Assembly (NCBI RefSeq): GCF_006345805.1 | Contig: NW_021825973.1 | Coordinates: 1-14,204, forward strand | Reading direction: 5' to 3' | DNA length: 14,204 nt | From: Octopus sinensis | Lineage: Eukaryota | Shown: in pieces, positions 1 to 8,642 of the stretch | Layout of the letters: each line of letters begins with the position of its first letter | Position numbering within the stretch: position 1 is the first letter of the stretch | The notes under the pieces: generated by a model | Seen by the model: the letters and a program-made list of their open reading frames with translations, nothing else | What the model was told of the DNA's origin: nothing | Databases searched by the model: none | Position numbers and translations under genes: made by a program

Positions 1-23
1 AAACAAGTAAAAGAGTTAAAAGA
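1..23 (+). mobile_element. 3' tail tip of SINE family A (cut by window edge)
   Basis: AAACAAGTAAAAGAGTTAAAAGA closely matches the tail ends at 5936-5960 and 8581-8611. Confidence 0.55.
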
Positions 24-64
24 TAAATAATAAGATCTATGAAACTAGACATTTCAATTTCCAG

Positions 65-159
65 AGGAATCTATTGTGGCAGAGTAGAACCAAGAATACA
101 CGATTCAGGAACTGTCAGACACATAAGCACATCACTAATTACAAATATTCTTACCAAAG
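65..159 (+). other. possible 95-nt internal exon (unverified)
   Basis: Non-repetitive stretch with acceptor-like CATTTCAATTTCCAG ending at 64 and donor-like AAG|GTGAAG at 159/160. Two frames are open (e.g. GIYCGRVEPRIHDSGTVRHISTSLITNILTK). No protein family recognised. Confidence 0.2.
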
Positions 160-204
160 GTGAAGAATGCCAAAGAACTACAATGTGAACAGGTAGATTG
201 TACC

Positions 205-500
205 TCCTCTCTTTCTCTCTCTCTCTCTCCCTCTTTTTCTCAGTTTATTTGCGTGAGCACCTTGCTATGTTTGTATTCATGTACAAACTCTCTCCTCTTG
301 CTCTTTCTCTCCTCTCTCTCATACACTCTTTCCCTTTCTCTCCTCTCTTCTCTCTCTCATACTCTCTTTCCCTTTCTCTCCTCTCTCTCCCTTTCTCTCC
401 TCTCTCTCCCTTTCTCTCCTCTCTCTCATACACTCTTTCCCTTTCTCTCCTCTCTCTCATACACTCTTTCCCTTTCTCTCCTCTCTCTCATACACTCTTT
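205..500. repeat. CT-rich minisatellite (about 31-bp CTCTCTCTCATACACTCTTTCCCTTTCTCTC and 19-bp units)
   Basis: Tandem pyrimidine-rich units seen directly; source of the Leu/Ser and Arg/Glu ORFs. Confidence 0.9.
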
Positions 501-521
501 CTGTCTGTCGCTGTTCATATA

Positions 522-933
522 TGGCAGAAACGTTAGCACGTCGGGCGAAATGCGTAGCCGTATTTCGGCTGCCGCTACGTTCCGAGTTCAAATTCTGCCA
601 AGGTCAACTTTGCCTTTCATCCTTTTGGGGTCAATAAATTAAGTACCAGTTACGCACTGGGGTCGATATAATTGACTTAATCCGTTTGTCTGTCCTTGTT
701 TGTTCCCTCTATGTTTAGCCCCTTGTGGGTAGTAAAGAAATTGGTATTTCGTCTGCCGCTACGTTCTGTGTTCAAATTCCGCCGAGGTCGACTTTTCCTT
801 TCATCCTTTTGGGGTCAATTAAATAAGTACCAGTTACGCACTGGGGTCGATGTAATCGACTTAATCCCTTTGTCTGTCCTTGTTTGTCCCCTCTATGTTT
901 AGCCCCTTGTAGGTGGTAAAGAAATAGGTATTT
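522..933 (+). mobile_element. tRNA-derived SINE family B, internal dimer (2 x 184 bp)
   Basis: A-box-like TGGCAGAAACG at 522 and B-box-like GAGTTCAAATTC. GTATTT recurs at 560, 744 and 928 (184-bp period). Each unit ends GCCCCTTGTRGGTRGTAAAGAAAT. Confidence 0.85.
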
Positions 934-1048
934 GAGCACCTAGCTATGTTTGTTTACTCTCTCTCTCTCTCCCTGTCGCTGTTTATATGTGTGAGCACCC
1001 AGGTATGTTTGTACATATGTATATATAAGCTCTCTTTCTCTCGTATTA

Positions 1049-1423
1049 CTCTCTTTTACTCTTTTACTTGTTTCAGTCATTTGACTGCGGCCATGCTGGA
1101 GCACCGCCTTTAGTTGAGCAAATCTACTTATTCTATCGGTCTCTTTTTTGCCGAACCGCTAAGTGACGGGGACGTAAACACACCAGCATCGGTTGTCAAG
1201 CAATGCTAGGGGGACAAACACAGACACACAAACACACGCATATATATATATACATATATACGACAGGCTTCTTTCAGTTTCTGTCTACCAAATCCACTCA
1301 CAAGGCATTGGTCGGCCCGGGGCTATAGCAGAAGACACTTGCCCAAGATGCCACGCAGTGGGACTGAACCCGGAACCATGTGGTTGGTTAGCAAGCTACT
1401 TACCACACAGCCACTCCTGCGCC
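1049..1423 (-). mobile_element. tRNA-derived SINE family A, near full length with small internal deletion
   Basis: Reverse complement has head GGCGCAGGAGTGGCTGTGTGG (A box), GGTTCAGTCCC (B box), an internal (TA)/(TG) tract and tail CAAATGACTGAAACAAGTAAAAGAG; homologous to 5534-5960. Confidence 0.9.
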
Positions 1424-1718
1424 TACTTGTTCATTAAAGTTAGTCATCAAGAACCTCCCAGCTACAGTTTGAAACTTAATGATTGTTTACTTGACCTTAC
1501 TGTTACATGTACTTTCCGAAATTCTTCATTATTTCAATAATTATCCAAAATAAAGGCAATTAGCTTCAACATATATTCAGTAACAGAAGATGCAAGGTTT
1601 TAATTGAGATCACTAACTCTTTTGTTACCATATTTTTCTGCCGGCTTTTGGAACATAAATAACATGAAATTTTGAAGGAAGATTTTAATTGCGATCACTT
1701 TAACCCTTTACCATATTT

Positions 1719-2190
1719 GGCAGAATCGTTAGCACGCCGGGCGAAATGCTTAGCGGTATTTCGTCTGCCGCTACGTTCTGAGTTCAAATTCCACTGAGGT
1801 CGACTTTTCCTTTCATCCTTTCGGGATCGATTAAATAAGTACCAGTTACGCACTGGGGTCGATGTAATCGACTTAATCCGTTTGTCTGTCCTTGTTTGTC
1901 CCCTCTGTGTTTAGCCCCTTGTGGGTAGTAAAGAAATAGGTATTTGGTCTGCTGCTACGTTCTGAGTTCAAATTCCGCCGAGGTCGACTTTTCCTTTCAT
2001 CCTTTCGGGGTCGATTAAATAAGTACCAGTTACGCACTGGGGTCGATGTAATTGACTTAATCCATTTGTCTGTCCCCTCTGTGTTTAGCCCCTTGTGGGT
2101 AGTAAAGAAATAGGTATTTTGTCTGCTGCTACGTTCTGAGTTCAAATTCCGCTGAGGTCGACTTTGCCTTTGACCCTTTCGGGGTCGATT
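1719..2190 (+). mobile_element. SINE family B multimer (2 units plus a partial third)
   Basis: GTATTT at 1756, 1940 and 2114 (periods 184 and 174); same unit and junction as 522-933. Confidence 0.85.
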
Positions 2191-2339
2191 TACTACACTC
2201 GCAGAGTGGTTGGCGTTAGGAAGGGCATCCAGCTGTAGAAACTCTGCCAGATCAGACTGGAGCCTGGAGCAGCCTCCTGGCTTCCCGGACCCCGGTCGAA
2301 CCGTCCAACCCGTGCTAGCGCAGAAAACGGACGTTAAAC

Positions 2340-2372
<33 letters not shown>

Positions 2373-2406
2373 GGTGGTGGTGGTGGTGATGATGATGATG
2401 ATGATG
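2191..2406 (+). mobile_element. RTE-clade-type 3' tail module ending in (GAT)n/(GGT)n
   Basis: TGGCGTTAGGAAGGGCATCCAGCTGTAGAAA...GGACGTTAAACGATGATGAT resembles the 3' ends of RTE-clade elements; an inverted homologue lies at 6639-6800. Confidence 0.75.
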
Positions 2407-2612
2407 ATTTCTGTTGAAATGCACTGCCTTTGTCTCAATTAATTTTGAATCTAATTAAGAATTTAGTAAAATAACTGTGATAATTAATCTGGTGATTGGA
2501 ACATAAAATAGCATGAAATATGGATATAAAGTTTTAATTTAGATCACTTTAACCCTTTGGTTACCATATTTCTGTTGAAATACATTGCCTTTTTTTCAAA
2601 TAATTTTGAACA

Positions 2613-2712
2613 GGTGTAAAAGTGGCTGTGTGGTAAGTAGCTTGCTTACCAGCCACATGGTTCTGGGTTCAGTCCCACTGCATGGCAACTTGGGCAAATG
2701 TCTTCTACTATA
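2613..2712 (+). mobile_element. SINE family A head fragment (diverged)
   Basis: AGTGGCTGTGTGGTAAGTAGCTTGCTTACC...GGTTCAGTCCCACTG...TCTTCTACTATA; truncated where the opposite-strand SINE-B tail begins. Confidence 0.85.
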
Positions 2713-2943
2713 TATTTCTTTACTGCCCACAAGGGGCTAAACATAGAGGGGACAAACAAGGACAGACAAACGGATTTAGTTGATTATATCGCCCCCAGTG
2801 CGAAACTGGTACTTTATTTATCGACCCCGAAAGGATGAAAGGCAAAGTCGACCTCGGCGGAATTTGAACTCAGAACGTAACGACAGACGAAATACCGCTA
2901 AGCATTTCGCCCGGGTGGCTAACGATTCTGCCAGCTCGCCGCC
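2713..2943 (-). mobile_element. SINE family B monomer with complete head
   Basis: Reverse complement starts GGCGGCGAGCTGGCAGAATCGTTAGC, has the B box GAGTTCAAATTCC and ends GCCCCTTGTGGGCAGTAAAGAAATA. Confidence 0.9.
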
Positions 2944-2966
2944 TAGCCTGTCGACAAGTGCCTGAT

Positions 2967-3230
2967 GGCCACAATCGTTAAGGGTCTCATGAAAGGGCTG
3001 GTCATCCTACCAGGGCCTTATTCTCATTTGACATAGAAGCTGCAGGCTGGAAGGGACACCATGACGGGTCCCCCCTGCACCAGATGGCTGGACATGATTA
3101 AGAGGATGACACAGGGGGCAGCCAGCAATGGTGGACCTGGTTGGCTCTATGAACGATGAAACCTCAGGGACTACTAACACGGAATGACCCTCCCCTCCCG
3201 CTCTGGGTCCATCAAGGAAGAGCAAGAAGC
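2967..3230 (+). mobile_element. decayed C-terminal ORF fragment of an RTE-clade LINE
   Basis: Manual translation with one stop and one frameshift gives GHNR*GSHERAGHPTRALFSFDIEAAGWKG/GPPCTRWLDMIKR, resembling the RTE C-terminal GH..R...GWKRPRGRP.TRW.D motif. Confidence 0.55.
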
Positions 3231-3647
3231 AAGCATATGCATGTGTGCGTTTATATAGACTTATGTAGACGTTTATGAAGGCGATGGTGGTGGTGGTGGT
3301 GGTTTTGGGGGTGATGCACACTCAGCCCCTTCCCCCCACCCTTACCAAAAGAAAAAAGGGGAGACTTCAAATAAGACTCTTCTTTCGTTTTTTTCATGAG
3401 TGTCATTGGCCCTTCATTTTTGCTTTTGCTTCCTTCCCCCCCTACTCTCCCTCTCTCTCTCTCTCTCTTTCTCTTCTCCTTTTTTTTCTTTTTCTTTCTT
3501 TAGTTTTCTTTGAAGTATTCCATCAAGATACAAGGAGAAAAAGTGCAGGAAACAGAGAGGGAGCGAGAGAGAGAGAGAGAGAATGGATGTATTTTATACA
3601 CATATTAGCGAACGGCAGCTGATTCCAAGCAGCTGCCTACCGAGAGT

Positions 3648-3746
3648 TATCATCATCATACAACCATTATCTTAATCACCATCGTCATCATCACTAGCAT
3701 CATCACCGTCTTAATAATCACCACCACCGTCATCATCATCCATCAT

Positions 3747-3778
<32 letters not shown>

Positions 3779-4185
3779 TCATCATCATGACCACCACCAT
3801 CATCATCATCCATCATCATCTTCACCATCATCATCATCATCATCATCTCCTTCATCATCATCATCATCATCATTCTCATCCTCATCATCATGACCATCAT
3901 CATCCTCATCATCATCATTCTCATCCTCATCATCATGACCATCATCATCCTCATCATCATCATCATCATGACCACCACCATCATCATCATCATCCATCAT
4001 CATTATCATCATCATCATCACCATCATCATCCTCATCTTCATCATCATGACCATCATCATCCATCATCATTATCACCATCATCTTCACCTCTGTCATCAT
4101 CACCGTCATCATCGTCATCATCATCACATTTACTAGCATCATCATCTTGATCGTCGTAGTCGTCTCCGATATCATCGTCATCCTC

Positions 4186-4226
<41 letters not shown>

Positions 4227-4302
4227 TCTTATCACATCATCACCACATCATTATCTCCATCATCATCATCATCATCATCAACATATTCATAATCATCGTA
4301 AC

Positions 4303-4340
<38 letters not shown>

Positions 4341-4420
4341 CCACCACCACCACCAGCGGTACAAGTACTACTACTAGTAGTAGTAGCAGCAGCAGTAGTA
4401 GTAGTAGTTGCTGCTAGTAG
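3648..4420. repeat. very long imperfect (CAT)n microsatellite followed by (CAC)n and (TAG/CAG)n
   Basis: Seen directly; generates all poly-His, Met, Asp and Ile ORFs here. Confidence 0.95.
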
Positions 4421-4582
4421 CTGTTCTCCATTATTCTCATCTTCAGCTTGCACTTTTCCATAAAACTTAAAACTACCGCCCACTTTTCATGTTCCACCAC
4501 CAAATATCTTTGACCCCACCCCAGGGGAAGAGGAGGAACAATAAATGAAACTTTCATTATCATTATTATCATTATTATTATA

Positions 4583-5125
4583 GGTGCAGGAGTGGCTGTG
4601 TGGTAAGTAGCTTGCTAACCAACCACATGGTTCCGGGTTCAGTCCCCTGCGTGGCATCTTGGGCAAGTGTCTTCTGCTTAGTGCCGGGCCGACCAATGCC
4701 TTGTGAGTGGATTTGGTAGACGGAAACTGAAAGAAGCCCGTCGTATATATATTATAATATATATATTATAGGCGCAGGAGTGGCTGTGGTAGTAAGTAGC
4801 TTGCTAACCAACCACATGGTTCCGGGTTCAGTCCCGCTGCGTGGCATCTTGGCAAGGTCTTCTGCTATAGTGCCGGGCCGACCAATGCCTTGTGAGTGGA
4901 TTTGGTAGACGGAAACTGAAAGAAGCCCGTCGTATATATATATATATTATATATATATATAAGGCGCAGGAGTGGCTGTGTGGTAAGTAGCTTGCTAACC
5001 AACCACATGGTTCCGGGTTCAGTCCCGCTGCGTGGCATCTTGGGCAAGTGTCTTCTGCTATAGTTGCCGGGCCGACCAATGCCTTGTGAGTGGATTTGGT
5101 AGACGGAAACTGAAAGAAGCCCGTC

Positions 5126-5157
<32 letters not shown>

Positions 5158-5698
5158 GGCGCAGGAGTGGCTGTGTGGTAAGTAGCTTGCTAACCAACCA
5201 CATGGTTCCGGGTTCAGTCCCGCTGCGTGGCATCTTGGGCAAGTGTCTTCTGCTATAGTGCCGGGCCGACCAATGCCTTGTGAGTGGATTTGGTAGACGG
5301 AAACTGAAAGAAGCCCGTCGTATATATATATATATATATATATATATAGGCGCAGGAGTGGCTGTGTGGTAAGTAGCTTGCTAACCAACCACATGGTTCC
5401 GGGTTCAGTCCCGCTGCGTGGCATCTTGGGCAAGTGTCTTCTGCTATAGTGCCGGGCCGACCAATGCCTTGTGAGTGGATTTGGTAGACGGAAACTGAAA
5501 GAAGCCCGTCGTATATATGTATATATATATATAGGTGCAGGAGTGGCTGTGTGGTAAGTAGCTTGCTAACCAACCACATGGTTCCGGGTTCAGTCCCGCT
5601 GCGTGGCCTCTTGGGCAAGTGTCTTCTGCTATAGTGCCGGGCCGACCAATGCCTTGTGAGTGGATTTGGTAGACGGAAACTGAAAGAAGCCTGTCGTA

Positions 5699-5741
<43 letters not shown>

Positions 5742-5960
5742 GTGTGTTTGTGTGTCTGTGTTTGTCCCCCCCTAGCATTGCTTGACAACCGATGCTGGTG
5801 TGTTTACGTCCCCGTCACTTAGCGGTTCGGCAAAAGAGACCGATAGAATAAGTACTGGGCTTGCAAAGAATAAGTCCCGGGGTCGATTTGCTCGACTAAA
5901 GGCGGTGCTCCAGCATGGCCGCAGTCAAATGACTGAAAGAAGTAAAAGAGTAAAAGAGAG
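4583..5960 (+). mobile_element. SINE family A: six tandem 5' halves (about 163 bp plus (TA)n), the last followed by the 3' half
   Basis: Heads start at 4583, 4771, 4963, 5158, 5349 and 5534. Each ends GAAGCC(C/T)GTCG then (TA)n. A single 3' half spans about 5697-5960. Confidence 0.93.
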
Positions 5961-5962
5961 CG

Positions 5963-6120
5963 TATTATCATTATTATTATTATCATCATTATTGTTATCA
6001 TTATTATTAGTATTATTATCATTATTATTATTATTATCATTATTATCATTATTATTATTATTCTTATTATTATTATTATTATCATTATTATTATTATTAT
6101 TATTATTATCATCATTATTA

Positions 6121-6157
<37 letters not shown>

Positions 6158-6171
6158 CATTATTATTATTA
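5963..6171. repeat. (TTA)n microsatellite
   Basis: Seen directly. Confidence 0.95.
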
Positions 6172-6172
6172 A

Positions 6173-6385
6173 GGTGGTGAGCTGGCAGAATCGTTAGCAC
6201 ACAGGGCAAAATACTTAGTGGCATCTCATCCATCTGAATGTTCTGAGTTCAATTTCTGCTGAGGTCGACTGTGCCTTTCATGCTTTTGGAGGTCAATAAA
6301 ATAAGTACCAGTTATGTGCCGAAGTCGATGTAATCAACTAGCCCCCTCCCCACAAATTTCAGGCCTTGCGCCTATAATAGAAATG
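6173..6385 (+). mobile_element. SINE family B variant with a different 3' tail (diverged)
   Basis: Head GGTGGTGAGCTGGCAGAATCGTTAGC and central block as in family B, then CCCCCTCCCCACAAATTTCAGGCCTTGCGCCTATAATAGAA in place of the CCCTTGTGG tail. Confidence 0.8.
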
Positions 6386-6404
6386 ACTATTATTTTTATC
6401 AGTA

Positions 6405-6565
6405 TTACCTTTTGCATTTCACTTTTTCCAGTTATTAAACTGCAGCCATGCTGGAGCACCACCTTCTAGACTTTTAGTTGAGTGAATTGACCCCTACACG
6501 TTTTTGTTATTTTTTTTTAAGCCTTGTACTTATTCTATCATTCTCTTTTGCTGATGAGGAACAAA
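6405..6565 (-). mobile_element. old SINE-A-related 3' half
   Basis: CTGCAGCCATGCTGGAGCACCACCTT and TACTTATTCTATC match the reverse of the SINE-A 3' half. Confidence 0.7.
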
Positions 6566-6638
6566 CGCAAGCACACACACACACACACACACACTCACAC
6601 ACACACACACATACATACATACATACATACATATATAT

Positions 6639-7756
6639 CATCATCATCATCGTTTAGCGTCCGCTTTCCATGCTGGCATGGGTTGGACGGTTCAACTGGG
6701 GTCTGGGAAGCCAGAAGGCTGCACCAGGCTCCAGTCTGATCTGGCAGTGTTTCTACAGCTGGATGCCCTTCCTAACGCCAACCACTCCGTGAGTGTAGTG
6801 GGTGCTTTTTACGTGTCACTGGCACAGGTGCCAGATGAGACTGGCAAACGGCCACGATCGGATGGTGCTTTTTACGTGCCACCTGCACAGGTGCCAGACG
6901 AGGCTGGCAAACGGCCACGATCGGATGGTGCTTTTTACGTGCCACCGACACGGGGGCCAGACGAGGCTGGCAGTGCTTTTTACGTGCCACCTGCACAGGT
7001 GCCAGACGAGGCTGGCAAACGGCCATGATCGGATGGTGCTTTTACGTGCCACCGACACGGGGGCCAGACGAGGCTGCAGTGCTTTTTATGTGCCACCTGC
7101 ACAGGTGCCAGACGAGGCTGGCAAGGCCCGATCGGATGGTGCTTTTTACGTGCCACCGACACACGGGGGCCAGACGAGGCTGGCAGTGCTTTTTATTGCC
7201 ACCTGCACAGGTGCCAGACGAGGCTGGCAACGGCCACGATCGGATGGTGCTTTTACGTGCCACCGACACGGGGGCCAGACGAGGCTGGCAGTGCTTTTTA
7301 CGTGCCACCTGCACAGGTGCCAGACGAGGCTGGCAAACGGCCATGATCGGATGGTGCTTTTTACGTGCCACCGACACGGGGGCCAGATGAGGCTGGCAGT
7401 GCTTTTTATGTGCCACCTGCACAGGTGCTGGACGAGGCTGGCAAACGGCCACGATCGGATGGTGCTTTTTACGTGCCACCGACACGGGGGCCAGACGAGG
7501 CTGGCAGTGCTTTTTATGTGCCACCTGCACAGGTGCTGGACGAGGCTGGCAAACGGCCACGATCGGATGGTGCTTTTTACGTGCCACCTGCACAGGTGCC
7601 GGACGAGGTTAGCAAACGGCCATGATCGGATGGTGCTTTTTACGTGCCACCGACACGGGGGCCAGACGAGGCTGGCAGTGCTTTTTACGTGCCACCTGCA
7701 CAGGTGCCAGACGAGGCTGGCAAATGGCCACGATCAGATGGTGCTTTTTATGTGCC
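6639..7756 (-). mobile_element. 5'-truncated element: internal tandem array plus RTE-type tail and (GAT)n
   Basis: 6639-6800 is the reverse complement of the 2191-2345 tail. The array is directly upstream in element orientation. ATATAT flanks both ends (6633-6638, 7757-7762) as a low-complexity TSD candidate. Confidence 0.75.
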
Positions 7757-7757
7757 A
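6802..7757. repeat. higher-order tandem array of 63-bp (A) and 45-bp (B) units
   Basis: Unit starts at 6802, 6865, 6928, 6973, 7036, 7079, 7139, 7186, 7247, 7291, 7354, 7399, 7462, 7507, 7570, 7633, 7678 and 7741 (partial); order AABABABABABABAABA. Confidence 0.95.
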
Positions 7758-7883
7758 TATATGACAAAAAGAAAATGGAGGGGATACAAAAATGACATAC
7801 ATCAACCGGTATATTGGATAGGTACTATCCCTTAGTTGGTTGGCTTCCCAACTTCTACCTCTTACAGATATATATATATGTGT

Positions 7884-8065
7884 ACCGTTGGCGATTTTTT
7901 TTCCTCTGTCTTCCCTTCTCTGGATCTTTCCTTCTCCTATGTTTCCGACGAAGAGCTCCACTCGAAACGTTAAACCCTCCTTCTTTCCTGAGTGTCCAAT
8001 AATACTATATTTGTTCCATATCCTCACGTTGTTGTGTTTTTTTGTGCTTTCATATTTGGATTAAT
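7884..8065 (+). mobile_element. Penelope-like pLTR fragment (inferred from its hammerhead motif)
   Basis: About 180-bp pyrimidine-rich segment between TA tracts containing the motif at 7941-7975. Confidence 0.5.
7941..7975 (+). ncRNA. minimal type I hammerhead-ribozyme-like motif
   Basis: GUUU-CCGACGA-A-GAG(CUCCA)CUC-GAAAC-GUU/AAAC. Stem I is GUUU:AAAC, stem II is GAG:CUC, stem III is the palindromic (A)ACGU(U). The core has U4C relative to CUGANGA. Confidence 0.55.
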
Positions 8066-8163
8066 TATATTTATGGATATATATATATAGGATTATAGAA
8101 TGAATGATTTAACCCCTGGTAGCTTACGGGTAAAGCACGGTCACTTTCAGAGTGATTATTAGG

Positions 8164-8642
8164 TATATAACAAATGAAAGACAGAAGATGGGATATACAA
8201 GAATTTATTATTAATCACAACAATTATTTTGACACATCTGGCTTGAATTCCTCGTGGGTGGGACACTCAACAACTGTTTCAGGGGCATCCGGTGGTGAAG
8301 ATGTATCTCATCAAGTGATATATAGACAACTCATTAAAATGACTGTTCAGCAACATAACTTCTCGTTTTGTAGAAAGAAAAGGAGCCAGACAGAGGAAAT
8401 AGCTTCATTTACATTTTAACGAGTTTTGTCTATTGATTACCTGATGTGATACACCTGCACTGCCAGATACTCCTCAACCAGTTGTTGAATGTCCTACACA
8501 TGAAGGATCGGTGTTAGATGTGTCGGAACAAATTTCAAGGTTAATAAATTTTTGGGCTCCAGCATGGCCGCAGTCAAATGACTGAAACAAGTAAAAGGGA
8601 GTAAAAGAGAGTATATATTCCATCTTCCATCTTTCATTTGCC

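Larger units (their letters stand above)
1595..2610. repeat. AT-rich tandem-unit repeat (about 160-bp unit, possibly MITE-derived) interrupted by the 1719-2406 insertion
   Basis: GATCACT(T)TAAC(C/T)CT...ACCATATTT occurs at about 1608, 1693 and 2542. The GGAACATAAA block is shared between 1651-1700 and 2498-2550. TTAACCCT resembles a piggyBac-type end but no opposite end is seen. Confidence 0.6.

Noticed and set aside
65-192. Longer exon using donor CAG|GTAGAT at 192/193
   Set aside because: All three frames contain a stop, so it cannot be an internal coding exon.
3736-4483. Poly-His/Met/Asp ORFs
   Set aside because: Translations of the (CAT)n microsatellite.
4720-4743. Hammerhead in the SINE-A hairpin GACGG-AAACTGAAAGAAGC-CCGTC
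   Set aside because: GAAAC and CUGA overlap, CUGAAAG does not match CUGANGA, and stems II and III cannot form, so the head array is not called a retrozyme.
4828-5788. Repeated ORFs MPKMPRSGTEPGTMW / AEDTCPRCHA
   Set aside because: Antisense translations of tandem SINE heads; the same peptides arise from every SINE-A copy.
6550-6570. CTGATGAG as a hammerhead core (also CTGATGA at about 14058, minus-strand CTGAGGA at about 12738-12744, and GAAACGTT at 525-532)
   Set aside because: No partner core half with a pairing stem II nearby.
7036-7290. Cluster of odd-length units (43, 60, 47, 61, 44 bp) as distinct variants
   Set aside because: These are 1-3-nt indels mostly in homopolymers or dinucleotides. 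Similar noise in SINE-head copies 1-3 suggests long-read consensus error.
6802-7757. CRISPR-like or dual-repeat guide array
   Set aside because: The constant leader with hairpins looks superficially similar, but the intervening sequences are only two recurring types rather than unique spacers. No associated protein gene is present and the context is eukaryotic.
6802-7764. 320-aa ORF and overlapping ORFs across the A/B array
   Set aside because: Unit lengths (63, 45) are multiples of 3 and lack stops in several frames on both strands. There is no ATG start, splice context or recognisable domain.
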